In this document: one piece after another, positions 1-13,001 of the stretch
How positions within the stretch are numbered: position 1 is the first letter of the stretch
Layout: each line of letters starts with the position of its first letter
NCBI RefSeq assembly: GCF_006345805.1
Contig: NC_043004.1
Span: forward strand, 42,966,001 to 43,030,000
DNA length: 64,000 nucleotides
Reading direction: 5' to 3'
Origin: Octopus sinensis
Lineage: Eukaryota
Program-made: the position numbers and the translations under genes
Notes under the pieces: generated by a model
Told to the model about the DNA's origin: nothing
What the model saw: only the letters and a program-made list of their open reading frames with translations
Database searches by the model: none

Positions 1-739
1 AGAGAGAGAGATAATGAGAGAGAGAGAAAAAGAGAGAGAGAGGTTTACACCTAATACATTTAGCACCACAAACAAGAACAAGACAAATATATATACATAT
101 CCACACTACCCTGTCATAATCACACATAATGCATGCACATAGATACATACACACAATCGCATACACACACGCACCCATATGTATATTGTGCACATGTAAA
201 TGTAATACGTACTAATGCTAATTACCGCCCTCGAACTTAAACAAGACGTAAACTACATGCGCGGCAAGGAGCTTGCTTCCGGATTCACTCTGCTAGTTAT
301 GTAGCAGAGACTATGTGACCAATTGTACATCTTTTCCACAGTTGTATCCTTATAATATGTTGGCAATCACAGTTCATTACTGAATAGTGGAGTATTACTG
401 GAGTATTTCAAGACATTTCATAATTATATTTTACTACGTTTTTCATCCTGCTACACTTGAAAATAAAATTAACAGCAATACATTGGCTGCATTGTATTCA
501 GCAGTTTCAACGTCATATATCTGGTAGGCTTGAGTTGAATATTAAAATCGAGCAGGGTAAGCGAATGATGAAAGTTAATTATCTTCCTGATTAGTAAAGT
601 TTAGGCTGTCTTGATTAGAACTCAGTGAATTCGGATGTAGCATGTCATAAATAGATATCGTAAATTCCCATAAAATAACCTATCATAGCGAGCAAATATC
701 ATATAATTTCTTCTAATTTTAATTTCAAATTTCGGTACG

Positions 740-920
740 AAATTACAGGGGAGGGGGTTAGTTAATTACATAGATCCACAATGCTTAACTTGTATCTATT
801 TCATCGACTTCGAAAGACAAGATCAACCGCGGCGAAATTTGAAATCAGAACGTAAAGTCTGACATAATGCTTCAAGCATTTTTGCCTGGCGAGCTAAATG
901 ATTGTAATAGCTCACCGCCT
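740..920 (-). mobile_element. Degenerate tRNA-derived SINE, family A
   Basis: Reverse complement resembles the better family-A copies at 20771 and 24966 (GGCGGTGAGCT head, ACGTTCTGATTTCAAATT B-box region, GTCGATGAAATAGATAC body). Confidence 0.6.
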
Positions 921-1727
921 TTATAAATTCTTTTAATTTTAGCTGTATAAATGTGTATTTTTCATTTCTTGTTTTATTTCAATATGCTCATATAATGTAA
1001 GTTAATTAAGAATATTGTGAAAAACTACCTGAATATGCCCATCTGGCTAGTCCTCTTTACATTTTTCTCTCCAATATTAACAAATGGAGGCGTTCTTTTA
1101 TTGCCTTCATTAATTTTAAATGACATTTATTGAATAAAAATTTGAAGAAAAAATCATTCAAAGGTACTTGTTATATTTACGTTTGAAAATATCTAGTCAG
1201 GAAATTTAAATAATAAAATATTCATATATCATGAAAACTTACGTATCTTTTTTATTTCACGATTTCATATGATAGACGGCCGTAGTTTAATTTTTTCTCA
1301 TACTTTTAGCTTACGTCAGACAATTGATAATATATGAAAAATTTATAATTCAGATGTTTTGTACAAACAAAATAACTTTTATAAGATAAATGACGACAAC
1401 TTACAATTTATAATGGAATAAGACAGTGTGTGTGCGTGCCTTTTCATATAAGCTATAATATATATGTTTTATGAGTGCTGGTTAGCAGCTGTTTGAATCG
1501 GTATTGCGCAAAACAAAACCCGCATGATTTATAAATGCGATGATTTAAGCCATGTATTCAGATTAATTCCAACTCACTTTTGATTTTGTGCGCGCTAAAG
1601 AAGAAACCAAGCAGAAATAGAGAATTTTACACATATCCTTTATTAAAAAGTGTCAATAACAGATTCTTCTAAAAGTGAGGTAAGAAATGGAAACAATTTA
1701 CCATTAAATTAGAGCTAAATCTATCCT

Positions 1728-1830
1728 TCATGTATCCTTTAGGGACGTTTTAGAGGAACACAAGTCTTCGCACGGAGAAGAAATGACGGTGCCCTTGTCA
1801 GCTTCGTAGGTAGAGTGATTTGCCTTTTTT
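1728..1830 (-). CDS. Candidate terminal exon of an unidentified gene (KKANHSTYEADKGTVISSPCEDLCSSKTSLKDT*)
   Basis: AT-rich acceptor ...TTTAACAATTCAG at 1831-1833, an open 34-codon frame ending in TGA, and AATAAA about 85 nt downstream on the minus strand. No recognisable homology. Confidence 0.22.
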
Positions 1831-1950
1831 CTGAATTGTTAAATTTATATAGTAATAATTAGCATTAATAGCAAGTGAGCATCTTATTTCTCTTACATAG
1901 TGTCTAAATTATATTGCTTCTGAGGCATATTCTACTTTCACACCTGACTA

Positions 1951-2248
1951 TTTGTTGTTTGTTTGTTCCTTCTCGAGCCATTCCTGGCTCATAAGGGCCG
2001 GTTTCCCGATTTTTTGGCGTATAGGTTCCCCACCCGAACGGGGCACCGGTCCATCGCAGGTGAGCTGCATGATGCAGGAGGAAAGAGTGTGAGAAAGTTG
2101 TAGCAAAAGAGCCAGCAGAAGTTTCGCCATTAATTTCTGCCAGAGCCGCGTGGAGCTTGGGTTTTTCGATCATAAACACACATATCGTCCGGTCTGAGAT
2201 TCAAACCCGCGAGTCCGCTGCTCTAACCACTAGGCCATGTGCCTCCAC
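1951..2248 (-). mobile_element. tRNA-derived SINE, family D (family-C-like head with a V-domain-like 3' part)
   Basis: Minus strand starts GTGGAGGCACATGGCCTAGTGGTTAGAGCAGCGGACTCGCGG (A box), later contains CTGCGATGGACCGGTGCCCCGTTCGGGTG, and ends in an (AAAC)n tail. Confidence 0.8.
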
Positions 2249-3289
2249 CTGAGTATTTAATAAAACACGTCGTACTTCCATCTAAAAGTTACTCATGAAT
2301 TTACGTATCGTTGTGTGGTTTGTGTTTACAATTCTTATAGTCACTTCTCAGTTGTGATCAGTTTCTTTATATATTTTATCATTTAACGAGGTCAGTATCT
2401 TCCTCGTTTGTTTCTTAAAACTTTCACTAACAAATGTATTGATAGGGATGCACATGGCTCATCCATCACCATTAGTATTGTCTCAAACATCATTAATTTT
2501 CACGAAACGAAACATTGTAATCCCCATGTTTCTTAGAACTGCAATAACTTCAATATTTCTAAGATTAATTATAGTATGAATTACAACGACACGGATATTT
2601 GAGAAATATGAAAGCACACTTTAATGTTTTATAGGATTTTTGAAAGTAAATAAATAGCTAGAAACAGGGTTCTATGAAATCAATAAAAATTTTCCTTACC
2701 ACGGTGTATGCATGAAGTAAATTTTAAAATATAGACGGATTTATAAATGGAAGGGACACGCGATATGTCTCTCGGCACATCTCTGTGCAACACATTACTG
2801 GTATCCTTATACAAAACTCAGCTAAAAACATCCAAGCTTCAGCTGGTGATGCTTAACCGGAAGATGAATAAATATAGCACATACGAGAAGATGCAGTCTA
2901 AGCCAAGTGTTTTCATAAAGACTTATAACTTAATTTTAATCGCAAGGCTTTAGTTAACACGTAGCTGTGATACAAATGTCGATACTTCAAAATAGTATCG
3001 AACTCAAGATATCTAGATAAGTGAACATATGAGCTACACTGCAACATGCTCGTTCATAAGGTTAGATCGTTCAGTCGAATATAACATACCTATTGTTTCT
3101 TTCTTATATATTGTATATTAAATATACATCAGTTTCATTGAGCCCAGCAACAAGATAACGTGAAGTTTTATGCAGTTATAATCCGATAACTGTATTTTCG
3201 GGGTTATTTTCACGATTGCTGTGTCTCTTAAATAAGATAAGAGTCATGTACCAGAATCTGTATCATCGACAGCATATCGTTTGCTTTGA

Positions 3290-3775
3290 AGGTATTTTTC
3301 TTATATTGAAAAGCAATTTTGCAGTAAGTTCAGGAAGATGTGATTGTAGCCTCTTCGGGATATTTTCAGCTTCCTAAGCAGATGCAAAAACGCGGATCGC
3401 TGGAATTGTGATTTTATTGTAATACTTTGTTTACAGGTACATCCTGTTATACACATACACACACACGCGCAATCAAAAACACACAAACACATACACACAT
3501 GCACACACACTCAAACACGCACACACACACACACATATATATATATATCCGTATATATATATATATGTATATATATACATATATATATATTATATATATA
3601 CATACATATATATATATTAGTACAAATATTCGAGTGGGCATAGGCAGCATAGAATTACCTCCAGCAGTACTATTATCCTACTAAGAATAAGTTGCATTAA
3701 AATATCTGCTACTTCATCAAGCATATTGTATTTCTACTTGTATATACTTGTGTGTGTGTGTATATGTATGTATGC

Positions 3776-3824
<49 letters not shown>

Positions 3825-3878
3825 TGTATATATAAATAAATACATATGTACTTACATACACACATGCATTGATACATA

Positions 3879-3911
<33 letters not shown>

Positions 3912-5000
3912 GAAGAAAAGCAGAAAAGGCGACTGAAGGCGGAACACAGATAACAATGTCCAGTAAGTGCTAAAAATAACATAGGGAATGAACGTGGTAG
4001 GGTGATGTACGAGATTTCTAGTTAGATGGCAAACATTCCAGTGAAATCGACTGAAAATGAATGTAGTCAGTTATTTTTGAACTTGCTGCGTACTTCAAAA
4101 GCCAGAAGAATTAAAAGAATTTCATTTTCAATCCCAAGGCATCGCCATTCGTAGTTGTGTAGCCTATGGCTATCTTTACTTAAAAAGCCTCATGTAACCT
4201 CTTTTCAAGAAATGCCTCCCAAAATATCAAAAATATCAATAATTATCCAGTTCTTCTTCCGTTATTTTCTCTTCTATAAATTATAGCCTTTTCTTTTCCC
4301 ACTGGAAAATGGTTATAACAAATTCTGTTTGAAATTTATCAACATTTTATAATAACTTCAATCACAAATTTGTTAAGCAAATATTATTGCACATCTGAAT
4401 TTTTGTTCTGATGACTGTATTTTAAAATTTTGTGCTAATTTAACATTACAAAATACATATTTTAATAAACTTTATCTAATTTGATATCACATTTTGTACT
4501 ATAATTAACTGCAATCCTTAGCATTACCAAAATATTTGCGTTCACATTGTTTTAGTTAAACAGCTGACGTAGTTTCTTGAGGGAAAAAAGTGCCAATGTG
4601 GAAAGTCTGAGAATGTAGTTGACGAGGTAATTCTTCAGGGTACTCGAAGACAAACAAATATGGAGAGAAATGAATCGGAAAGAAATTGGCGACGTTATTT
4701 TGAGATAACTTGTTTTCTAATTGTCTTCAATACTAATCTGTCTTCATCTCTTTAGTGGAATGCCAGACTATATTCCACGATAAACACGGTATTTTTGTTT
4801 ACATGACTTGCTGTCGGTTATGACTAAATGAGACCTATTACGCGAAAGCGACTGAATAAGATCAGAACGACCATATCAGACTTCGTTATTGTATTTGGAT
4901 TGCGAGACACTTGACAGGAATTCGTTGAGACAAAACTTGGTTAATCTTGGGAAGGCCATTATGCCAATAGTATTAAGCGTACGCGCTGGTTTCATATCAC
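3290..5000 (-). pseudogene. Decayed LRR-like coding remnants, locus 1
   Basis: Minus-strand peptides: TLNTIGIMAFPRLTKFCLNE (4980-4921); SDSFLSIFVCLRV, then after a frameshift STLKNYLVNYILRLSTLALFSLKKLRQLFN* (4680-4555); SAFLHLLRKLKISRRGYNHIFLNLLQNCFSI* (ORF 3301-3510). These loosely fit LxxLxLxxNxL with stops and frameshifts. Confidence 0.4.
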
Positions 5001-6111
5001 ATTTTAATTGTTAGCTCTGTATCGATGCCAGATTGTCTATTGTAGGGTGCTTATTGGACTAGTCTATTTTTACCTTCATACTCTGATGGACGGAGTTAGC
5101 TATGCGCTGGATGCGTACTTCTGTACTCCTCACGTCTTTCGCTGTATGACTAAATGGAATTGTCCAAACTAGAATAATGATGTCAACAACATATCCACAT
5201 TATGGTATTGAAGCACTATAGTGTGCATCAATCTGCACGTGGCACGCTTAAACAGGTGCACACATCGAGATAATGGAATGTTCAAACATACACAAATATG
5301 CACTCAGTAACGCACATACATATTAACGTATGCGCACACTCACAAAACCGAAACAACTTCAAAGACACGCACATTAGATCACACACTCTCGCTTGCACAA
5401 GCACACACACATACTCCTACTGTTCACGCACCCATTCCTGCCTAACTGCATAAGGAACTACACAGATAAATCTTTACAGGATAACAAGTAAATCACAGCT
5501 GACATGAAACAGAACCGACCTTGAATAAGAGGCCTAAACTTTAAAGAGGTCGCGGATGTCCACACTCACAACACACGTACACACTGACAACAGGCATACA
5601 CACATATAGTCAGTCACGGGAATGTACACGCTGGAGTGCATGCATACGTGCTCATACACCCATACACACACATACACTTCGTTTACTCTCAGTTTCCACT
5701 TCTCTTGTAAGCAATTACACATCGACAAACATATCAATATAACACTAATTCTGAGATACTCATGATGAGTTGGAGATATAGCGACGAAAGGCCTTGCACA
5801 AACAAACAACCGATTCATTGTTTAACGAGTATATCAAACAAATGAACGATTAGATAGTTGATTGGATACTTAACTAACTGACTAGCAATAAAAAAGTGAT
5901 ACCGAACCAGTGTGTATGTTTAATATTATTGGCGTAATGACCTTCCCAAGACAAAAGCATCTGGAAAATTTCAAATGCATTCCATAAATACGAAATAATT
6001 TTAATGGGGTAAAAATGAGAACTAATACAAATGCAAGTATTAGAAAAACAAGGACTAAATGTTCGGTTGAAGATAAGGTTGGTATTTATTATGAACTTAA
6101 GGGGAAAAAGC

Positions 6112-6327
6112 AGTTGGCTGGCAGCATCGTTTGCACACAGAACGAAATACTAAGCCGTATTTTGCCCGTCACTACGTTCTGAGTAACATTTTCCGCCGAG
6201 TGCGACTTTGCCTTACACCCATTCAGGGTCAATAAATCAAGCACCAAGGAAATTCTGCGTTCGATCTAATCAACTAGTACCCTCCCCTCGAAACTTCGGG
6301 CCTTGTGCCTATAATAGAAAGGACTAT
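6112..6327 (+). mobile_element. Degenerate SINE, family A
   Basis: GCTGGCAGCATCGTT...ACGTTCTGAGT...CGACTTTGCCTT...GGGTCAATAAA matches the family-A layout. Confidence 0.7.
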
Positions 6328-7840
6328 GAATATAACAGGAAACTCTAGTATATTGAATCCATCATTATTACTGGTACAGATATTGGATTAATTAATCAAA
6401 ATTTGCCGAAATTTTAAATGTAAGGATTTATTACCTTTAATTTTACTACAAAATATACAATAATTCATAATTTCTCTCGGAAGACTGGAATCCCATTCAA
6501 TAATTCCTATCGCAATAGTGAAGTTCCATGCAATAATACCAATTACATAAAGTTTATATTTTAAGATCTATCACTTATTTTAAATTGAGTACTACCATGC
6601 AAAAACCTCCACTTGATTAAGCGAAACAAATACATATACAGTTATACTTCAAAATGAAATGATTTTAAACCATGAATCCAAATATGTATTAAAGAATAAC
6701 CAAGCATTACTTTTGAAATATGTATGGGAGCGAATAGCACAGCAGTAATTAATTATATCTGCGTACTGCGGCTACAACAACTAAATTTCCTTATGTAGAA
6801 GTTAAATAGAATTTGCTTTTTACGAAGTCAAAGATTACAGACTTACATTACATAATGGCTATATTATTTCGGAGTGTAAAATATGTATGTGGAAAACACA
6901 TCTGTTCTTTAATGGTTTCACACATAACTCTAATTGTAATTAACCTTTACAAATTTGATTTGCAGATATTTAGCATTTCATTTGCAGAACACACATAGAC
7001 ACTCAGTTAATCTCTAAACTATATATAATATACGTGCTTTAAATGGCACTAATAATTTGAACAAAATTATATGGAAATATTTCTGTTAGAATGTCGCAAC
7101 TTAAATATATTATAAATTTTACTAACATGAAGAATACTGAACTAAAATAAAATTCCATATTAAAGAAGAAAATTACCTTTTAGTTATACATAATACTCTC
7201 TTTTGTGTTAGCTGTTAAAAGTTTCATAATCTGTTGACAATAATTATTCTAGTTAAGAAATATGTTCAAAGACATTTTACAAGAAGTTATAAACTGTAGA
7301 CTAATAATATATATTTATAGGCGATTTATTACGGGCTATTAGTGCATAAAATATTTATTTAATACCTATTCATCCAACGGCTAATATGTAATGTAGTAAT
7401 AGACTTATACGTATCAGCTGGATTGTGATTTAATAGTCGGAGCGTGTTCGAACATTAAGTATGATACTCATATACCTGTAATGTGTTTGCATGTGAAAAT
7501 GCTCAAGGAAATATTTCTAATACAAATATATTAGACAACAACAAGAGCAGAAATCTTTATGGGAATACATATTTTAGCATAAGTGTTAGATGACTAATGT
7601 AAATTGTTTATATTATTTTTCAAGCGAAATTAGACAAAATAAAATGGGAATGTAATGGAGTGTAAGAAACTGATTATGCATTGTAGGAAGGGGACACATT
7701 GGTATCTAAATTCTATGGTGTATTGGTTGTCGTTCTACAACTAATACCACTGATACGCAGATACACAAACACACTGAGGCATAAGCACGAGTAGGTGTGT
7801 ACATACATATATACACACACATTCACGCAAACACATATAA

Positions 7841-7889
<49 letters not shown>

Positions 7890-7907
7890 AGTGTCTTATA
7901 TTCATGC

Positions 7908-7968
<61 letters not shown>

Positions 7969-8155
7969 TGACTTAAAACTGTATGATAGATTGCCGTTAA
8001 TTCATTCTCTCTTACCTGTTTGTGTTTGCCTTTCAAATGCTGTGCCTTTACTGTGCTCTCCCTTTTAGTAGAAGAAATAGCTATAATCTCTTTGACTGCT
8101 ATTTCTAAATTCGGTGTGCGGTAAGGCAATTCGTTGCTAAACCCTTAATTGCTTA

Positions 8156-8211
<56 letters not shown>

Positions 8212-8214
<3 letters not shown>

Positions 8215-8355
8215 TATTAGAGACAAAACCACTATTTTGCAAAACAAACAAGGAAAGACTTAATCAATACATAAAATTTTAATATATAGTCAAAAAAACC
8301 GCCACTACAATCGTTTCTTGTCTTGATCGACAATCTTCAGGTGGACTTCCAATAA
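8212..8355 (-). mobile_element. Short interspersed repeat carrying a minimal hammerhead; near-identical inverted copy at 40736-40880
   Basis: About 140 bp match the reverse complement of 40736-40880 almost exactly. Both copies abut (TA)n. Confidence 0.85.
8302..8344 (-). ncRNA. Minimal type-I hammerhead ribozyme motif (intact core)
   Basis: Minus strand reads CCAC CTGAAGA TTGTC-GATCAA-GACAA GAA AC-GATT-GT A GTGG: 4-bp stem I, CUGANGA, 5-bp stem II, GAAA, 2-bp stem III, GUA cleavage triplet. Confidence 0.7.
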
Positions 8356-8419
8356 TTCAGTGTCAATATATATGTATATATATATATATATATTACATAC
8401 ATGTATATGGAGTTGCAAT

Positions 8420-8590
8420 TTACAAAAATACATCCAAACTAAAGAAAATGTGAAGACGGGTGTGTAAACAACAAAGATGTGTATTAGTTTAACGCTCGAG
8501 AAATATGAAAGTCTTTTACGTTTCGAGCTTCGCTCTTCAACAGAAAGGAACGCAGGAATATTTAGAGAGAAAATAAAAGGTTTAGTAGCT
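8420..8590 (-). mobile_element. Short repeat with an A6U hammerhead-like motif (copies at 17500, 23790 and 42960)
   Basis: Minus 8547-8513 reads CTTT CTGTTGA A GAGC-GAA-GCTC GAA ACGT A AAAG, followed by the shared GAGCGTTAAACTAATACACATCTTTGTTGTTTACAC...GTCTTC tail. Confidence 0.7.
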
Positions 8591-8684
8591 ATATACAGAC
8601 GTACATACATACATAATACACACACACACACACATATATATATCTATATACATGTGTATACATATACTTATGCATATGTGTATT

Positions 8685-8748
<64 letters not shown>

Positions 8749-8890
8749 TGTGTGTGTGTGTGAGTTGAGAGTATTTCTGTCTGGGATATATCTTATGGTA
8801 GTGGAATAGTATATAACTGCTATTTCTAAATTTCGGTATGTGTTGAAGCAATTTTTGCTGAACCTTAATTGTTACTATGCTTATAATCAT

Positions 8891-8974
<84 letters not shown>

Positions 8975-9434
8975 ATACATATAATAAGGGCTGAGGAGGC
9001 AATTCGAATCCAAACAGGAAATAATTCGCCCTCACGAGAATGTGTATTGCCTCTAGCCACTAATTATTTTGTAATTTTCTCATTACCATTTTACAGAATC
9101 ACCCGCTGATTCTTCTGATCAATTCTATATGTAATGACAAGATAAATTTCACTTCACCACCCGCAATGATGTAAGCATTAATAATGAGCATTAATTTCCA
9201 TAGGAAATTGGCACGACACTCTAACGCTACTCGCCTGAGGTGAGGAGGTTATGTCCCCTGTCAGTAAATAGAGCATGTACGTCTATGGCTAAAGTGAATT
9301 TGATTCGTATTTCTAGCTATACTAGATCTTCCGTCACTCTTTGTTAATTTTAGAATTGTTTTCCTTTTTGGTTTCCAATCGATCCTTGCCTTCTTAATTA
9401 TATATAATATATATAATTATTATGATATATATAT

Positions 9435-9508
<74 letters not shown>

Positions 9509-9511
<3 letters not shown>

Positions 9512-9736
9512 GGAGTAAGCACCCAAATGTGAAACAAGGTGGGAAAAAATACCCAAATACTAGAGGTAGACTAATATGCTTTATTTAAAAGCAGCAGAAA
9601 TATAACAAAAGCTGTTAGTCGTAGTTTCACGTTCCCGTTCGTCGGACAGTTTTGTTGAAAATTTCTTCCCCAACGAACGGGAACGTGAAACTCCGAGTAA
9701 CAGTTTTGATATATTTCTGCTGCTTTTAAGTAAAGT
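9509..9736. mobile_element. Short element with two head-to-head hammerhead-like arms (Penelope-like derivative)
   Basis: About 65-bp inverted arms. Minus arm (9656-9604): AACAAAACTGT CCGACGA ACG-GGAA-CGT GAA ACTACGACT A ACAGCTTTTGTT. Plus arm: ACGA ACG-GGAA-CGT GAA ACTCCGAGT A ACAG (9673-9703). A second family member lies at 16305. Confidence 0.75.
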
Positions 9737-9744
9737 ATATATAT

Positions 9745-9801
<57 letters not shown>

Positions 9802-9813
9802 ATATATATAATC

Positions 9814-9846
<33 letters not shown>

Positions 9847-10050
9847 CGTGTGTGTATAATTATATATGTGTGTGTGTTTTTGTGCGTGCGTCAAAAGTCG
9901 CAGCACAAGGTGAAAGAATATCAAACGTGTTAGTTTAACGTTTGGGAAAAACGCTAGAAGTGTCCTTTCACGGTTCGAGTGTACGCCCCTATATGTACAC
10001 ATGTATGTGTGTATTCTAATGTATTTCTTTATCTTTGTATGTATCTGTGC

Positions 10051-10380
10051 GTGGAGGCGCAATGGTCCAGTGGTAAGTGTAGTGGGCTCGCGGTCATAGG
10101 ACCGCGGTTTCTATTCCCTGAGCGAAAATACCTAAAACTCCACGACGCTCCATGGTGAACTCTGCTGTACTCATTCACCACAACTTTCTCTCTCTCTTTG
10201 TTCCTTCTTTTAGGGCCAGCCTAGTCTCATTCTGTGTCATGCCAGAATCTCCCGGAGAACTATCTTAAGGATACACGGTTCTGTGGTATGCTCAGCCACT
10301 TGCACATTAATTTCACGAGTAGCTGTTCCGTTGAGCGGATCAACTGAAACCCTCGTGGTTGAAATCGAGGGTGTGCCACC
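10051..10380 (+). mobile_element. tRNA-derived SINE, family C
   Basis: GTGGAGGCGCAATGGTCCAGTGG A-box head and GGTTTCTATTCC B-box-like motif; body ends GCTGTTCCGTTGAGCGGATCAACTGAAACCCTCG...GTGCCACC. Confidence 0.8.
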
Positions 10381-10630
10381 ACGACGATATATGTGCGGAT
10401 AGAGAATAAGTAACATTAATGTTTAAATCCAGAGATGCACATCTAACAAACCTGATTAAATACGCGTATGCATATGTATACACATGTGTGTGTGAGTGGA
10501 TATGTGTGCAAGTGTATGTGATTGTGTTTGTGTAGTAGTGCTTGTGTGTATTTGTGCGTGTGTGTTTGTTAGTGCATGTGTCTATGTGTCTGTGTGTATG
10601 TGTGTGTGTGTGTGTGTATATATATAATCA

Positions 10631-10661
<31 letters not shown>

Positions 10662-10867
10662 CGTGTGTGTATAATTATATATGTGTGTGTGTGTTTTTGT
10701 GCGTGCGTCAAAAGTCGCAGCACAAGGTGAAAGAATATCAAACGTGTTAGTTTAACGTTTGGGAAAAACGCTAGAAGTGTCCTTTCACGGTTCGAGTGTA
10801 CGCCCCTATATGTACACATGTATGTGTGTATTCTAATGTATTTCTTTATCTTTGTATGTATCTGTGC

Positions 10868-11197
10868 GTGGAGGCGCAATGGTCCAGTGGTAAGTGTAGT
10901 GGGCTCGCGGTCATAGGACCGCGGTTTCTATTCCCTGAGCGAAAATACCTAAAACTCCACGACGCTCCATGGTGAACTCTGCTGTACTCATTCACCACAA
11001 CTTTCTCTCTCTCTTTGTTCCTTCTTTTAGGGCCAGCCTAGTCTCATTCTGTGTCATGCCAGAATCTCCCGGAGAACTATCTTAAGGATACACGGTTCTG
11101 TGGTATGCTCAGCCACTTGCACATTAATTTCACGAGTAGCTGTTCCGTTGAGCGGATCAACTGAAACCCTCGTGGTTGAAATCGAGGGTGTGCCACC
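10868..11197 (+). mobile_element. SINE family C, duplicated copy
   Basis: Identical to 10051-10380 as part of the tandem duplication. Confidence 0.8.
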
Positions 11198-12478
11198 ACG
11201 ACGATATATGTGCGGATAGAGAATAAGTAACATTAATGTTTAAATCCAGAGATGCACATCTAACAAACCTGATTAAATACGCGTATGCATATGTATACAC
11301 ATGTGTGTGTGAGTGGATATGTGTGCAAGTGTATGTGATTGTGTTTGTGTAGTAGTGCTTGTGTGTATTTGTGCGTGTGTGTTTGTTAGTGCATGTGTCT
11401 ATGTGTCTGTGTGTATGTGTGTGTGTGTGTGTAACCTGACACATCTGTACAAAAAAGGAATGCATTCTTCTAAGGAGATTTACTGATAAATATATTCTAT
11501 GTATCAAGAACGAAATGCTTACGATATGTAAATTGCATTCAGGAGAACATTGTTTGTCATTTACCGTTAAGAAATGTGAATGTCATCATACCTTGCACCA
11601 GGTTAGATAAATGTGTCTCAAAAGGTCACTATCGAAATGGATATGATTTAGGCAAAGGAAAACGAAATGTCAATTGAGAAACCTAGATATGATATGAATT
11701 TTATCGTATTATTGACTGCTTTGTGTATATTCAATATGTTTATGAGTGAAGTGGGATTATGTTGAAAATATACTTTCTTTTGCATAGGAGAACACATCAA
11801 ATGATACAAGATTCCACAGATAGTAATATTAAAATGCATTACTATCACGAACAATGTTGGAAAGTGAAAAACACCAATGCACAACACACATCATTCTTTT
11901 GAAAACAGGAAGCCAATGAAGTGAAGGATGGCACATTCATAGAAAAAATATCGGTGTATGTAGATATGTTTTCACTACGTTTCTGTGAAATACCACTCTC
12001 ACTTCCTCTAACGGTACAGAGATACAGAAAGAAAAACAGATTCTATACCGTAGATATATGACACTTTGGACACAACTGTATTTCGTACATTGTTGTTTAA
12101 AAATACATTCCTCGTATGACAACCTGCTGAATTTAGCTCTGCTAGCGGCAATTGCATATGGCAGAAGCATATGTATTTTTTAATACAGCAGATGTGTTTA
12201 AAAGATACTTTTGCTCATGACAGGACTGAAAACAAATTTTTGCTCCATGTACCCTCACTTGTCTGTTGGTAATCTATAAAATAATTCTGACATTTTTACA
12301 TAAGACGATAAGAAACTCGCATGTTATATAAAGTAACCATGAAACAGAATTTTTCCTCGTAGAGCAGAGGCGTTGTTCATGTACGGAATATTATATCGAA
12401 CATTCAGTGCGAATGTATTGGATTCTATAACTGAAAATGCAATTTAGGCTTAAATTTATTCCTCAATATTCTTTTACA

Positions 12479-12877
12479 TATTTCAGTCATGTGACTGTGG
12501 CCATGCAGGAGCACCACCTTTTAGTCAAGCAAGTCGACCCCAGGACTTATTCTTTGTAAGCCTAGTACTTATTCTATCGTACTCTTTTGCCGAACCGCTA
12601 AGTAACGAGGACGTAAACACACTAGCATCAGTTGTCAAGCGATGTTGGAGGGACAAACACAGACACACAAGCACACAAACACACACACACACATATATAT
12701 ATACATACATACGACGGGATTATTTCAGTTTCCTTCTAACAAATCCACTCACAAGGCTTTGGTCGGCCCGAGGCTATAGTAGAAGATACTTACCCAAGGT
12801 GCCACGCAGTGGGACTGAACCCGGAACCATGTGGTTCGTAAGCAAGCTACGTACCACACAGCCACTCCTACGCCTAT
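12479..12877 (-). mobile_element. tRNA-derived SINE, family B (CORE-like centre, internal microsatellite, LINE-like tail)
   Basis: Minus strand: ATAGGCGTAGGAGTGGCTGTGTGG...GGGTTCAGTCCC...GGCACCTTGGGTAAGT...(TG)n...GGTGGTGCTCCTGCATGGCCACAGTCACATGACTGAAA. Confidence 0.9.
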
Positions 12878-13001
12878 AAAAATATATGTATATTTTGTAA
12901 CGAACCGTTGTTTAATTCATATGACGTTCTAGATAATACCTTGAACAATGTGTAATCGTTGGGGGTTATTGTAATAGTACATTACTATTAGTTTTTTTCT
13001 A

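Larger units (their letters stand above)
9780..11432 (+). repeat. 817-bp near-identical tandem duplication bounded by (TG)n/(TA)n tracts
   Basis: TCAAAAGTCG occurs at 9891 and 10708; GTGGAGGCGC occurs at 10051 and 10868 (offset 817). ORFs 9571-10062 and 10628-10879 share an identical N-terminus. Confidence 0.95.

Noticed and set aside
2330-2470. GPCR TM7-like peptide MCIPINTFVSESFKKQTRKIL (minus strand)
   Set aside because: Preceded by an in-frame stop, lacks NPxxY, and no other TM segments are nearby.
8990-9040. CTGAGGAGGCAATTCGAATCCAAACAGG hammerhead-like string
   Set aside because: G12 is missing and no stem I, stem III or NUH can be formed. At best a very decayed copy.
9420-9510. Irregular interruptions in (TA)n tracts (TATAATATA) as a coded pattern
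   Set aside because: Most likely slippage mutations or long-read consensus errors in dinucleotide repeats.
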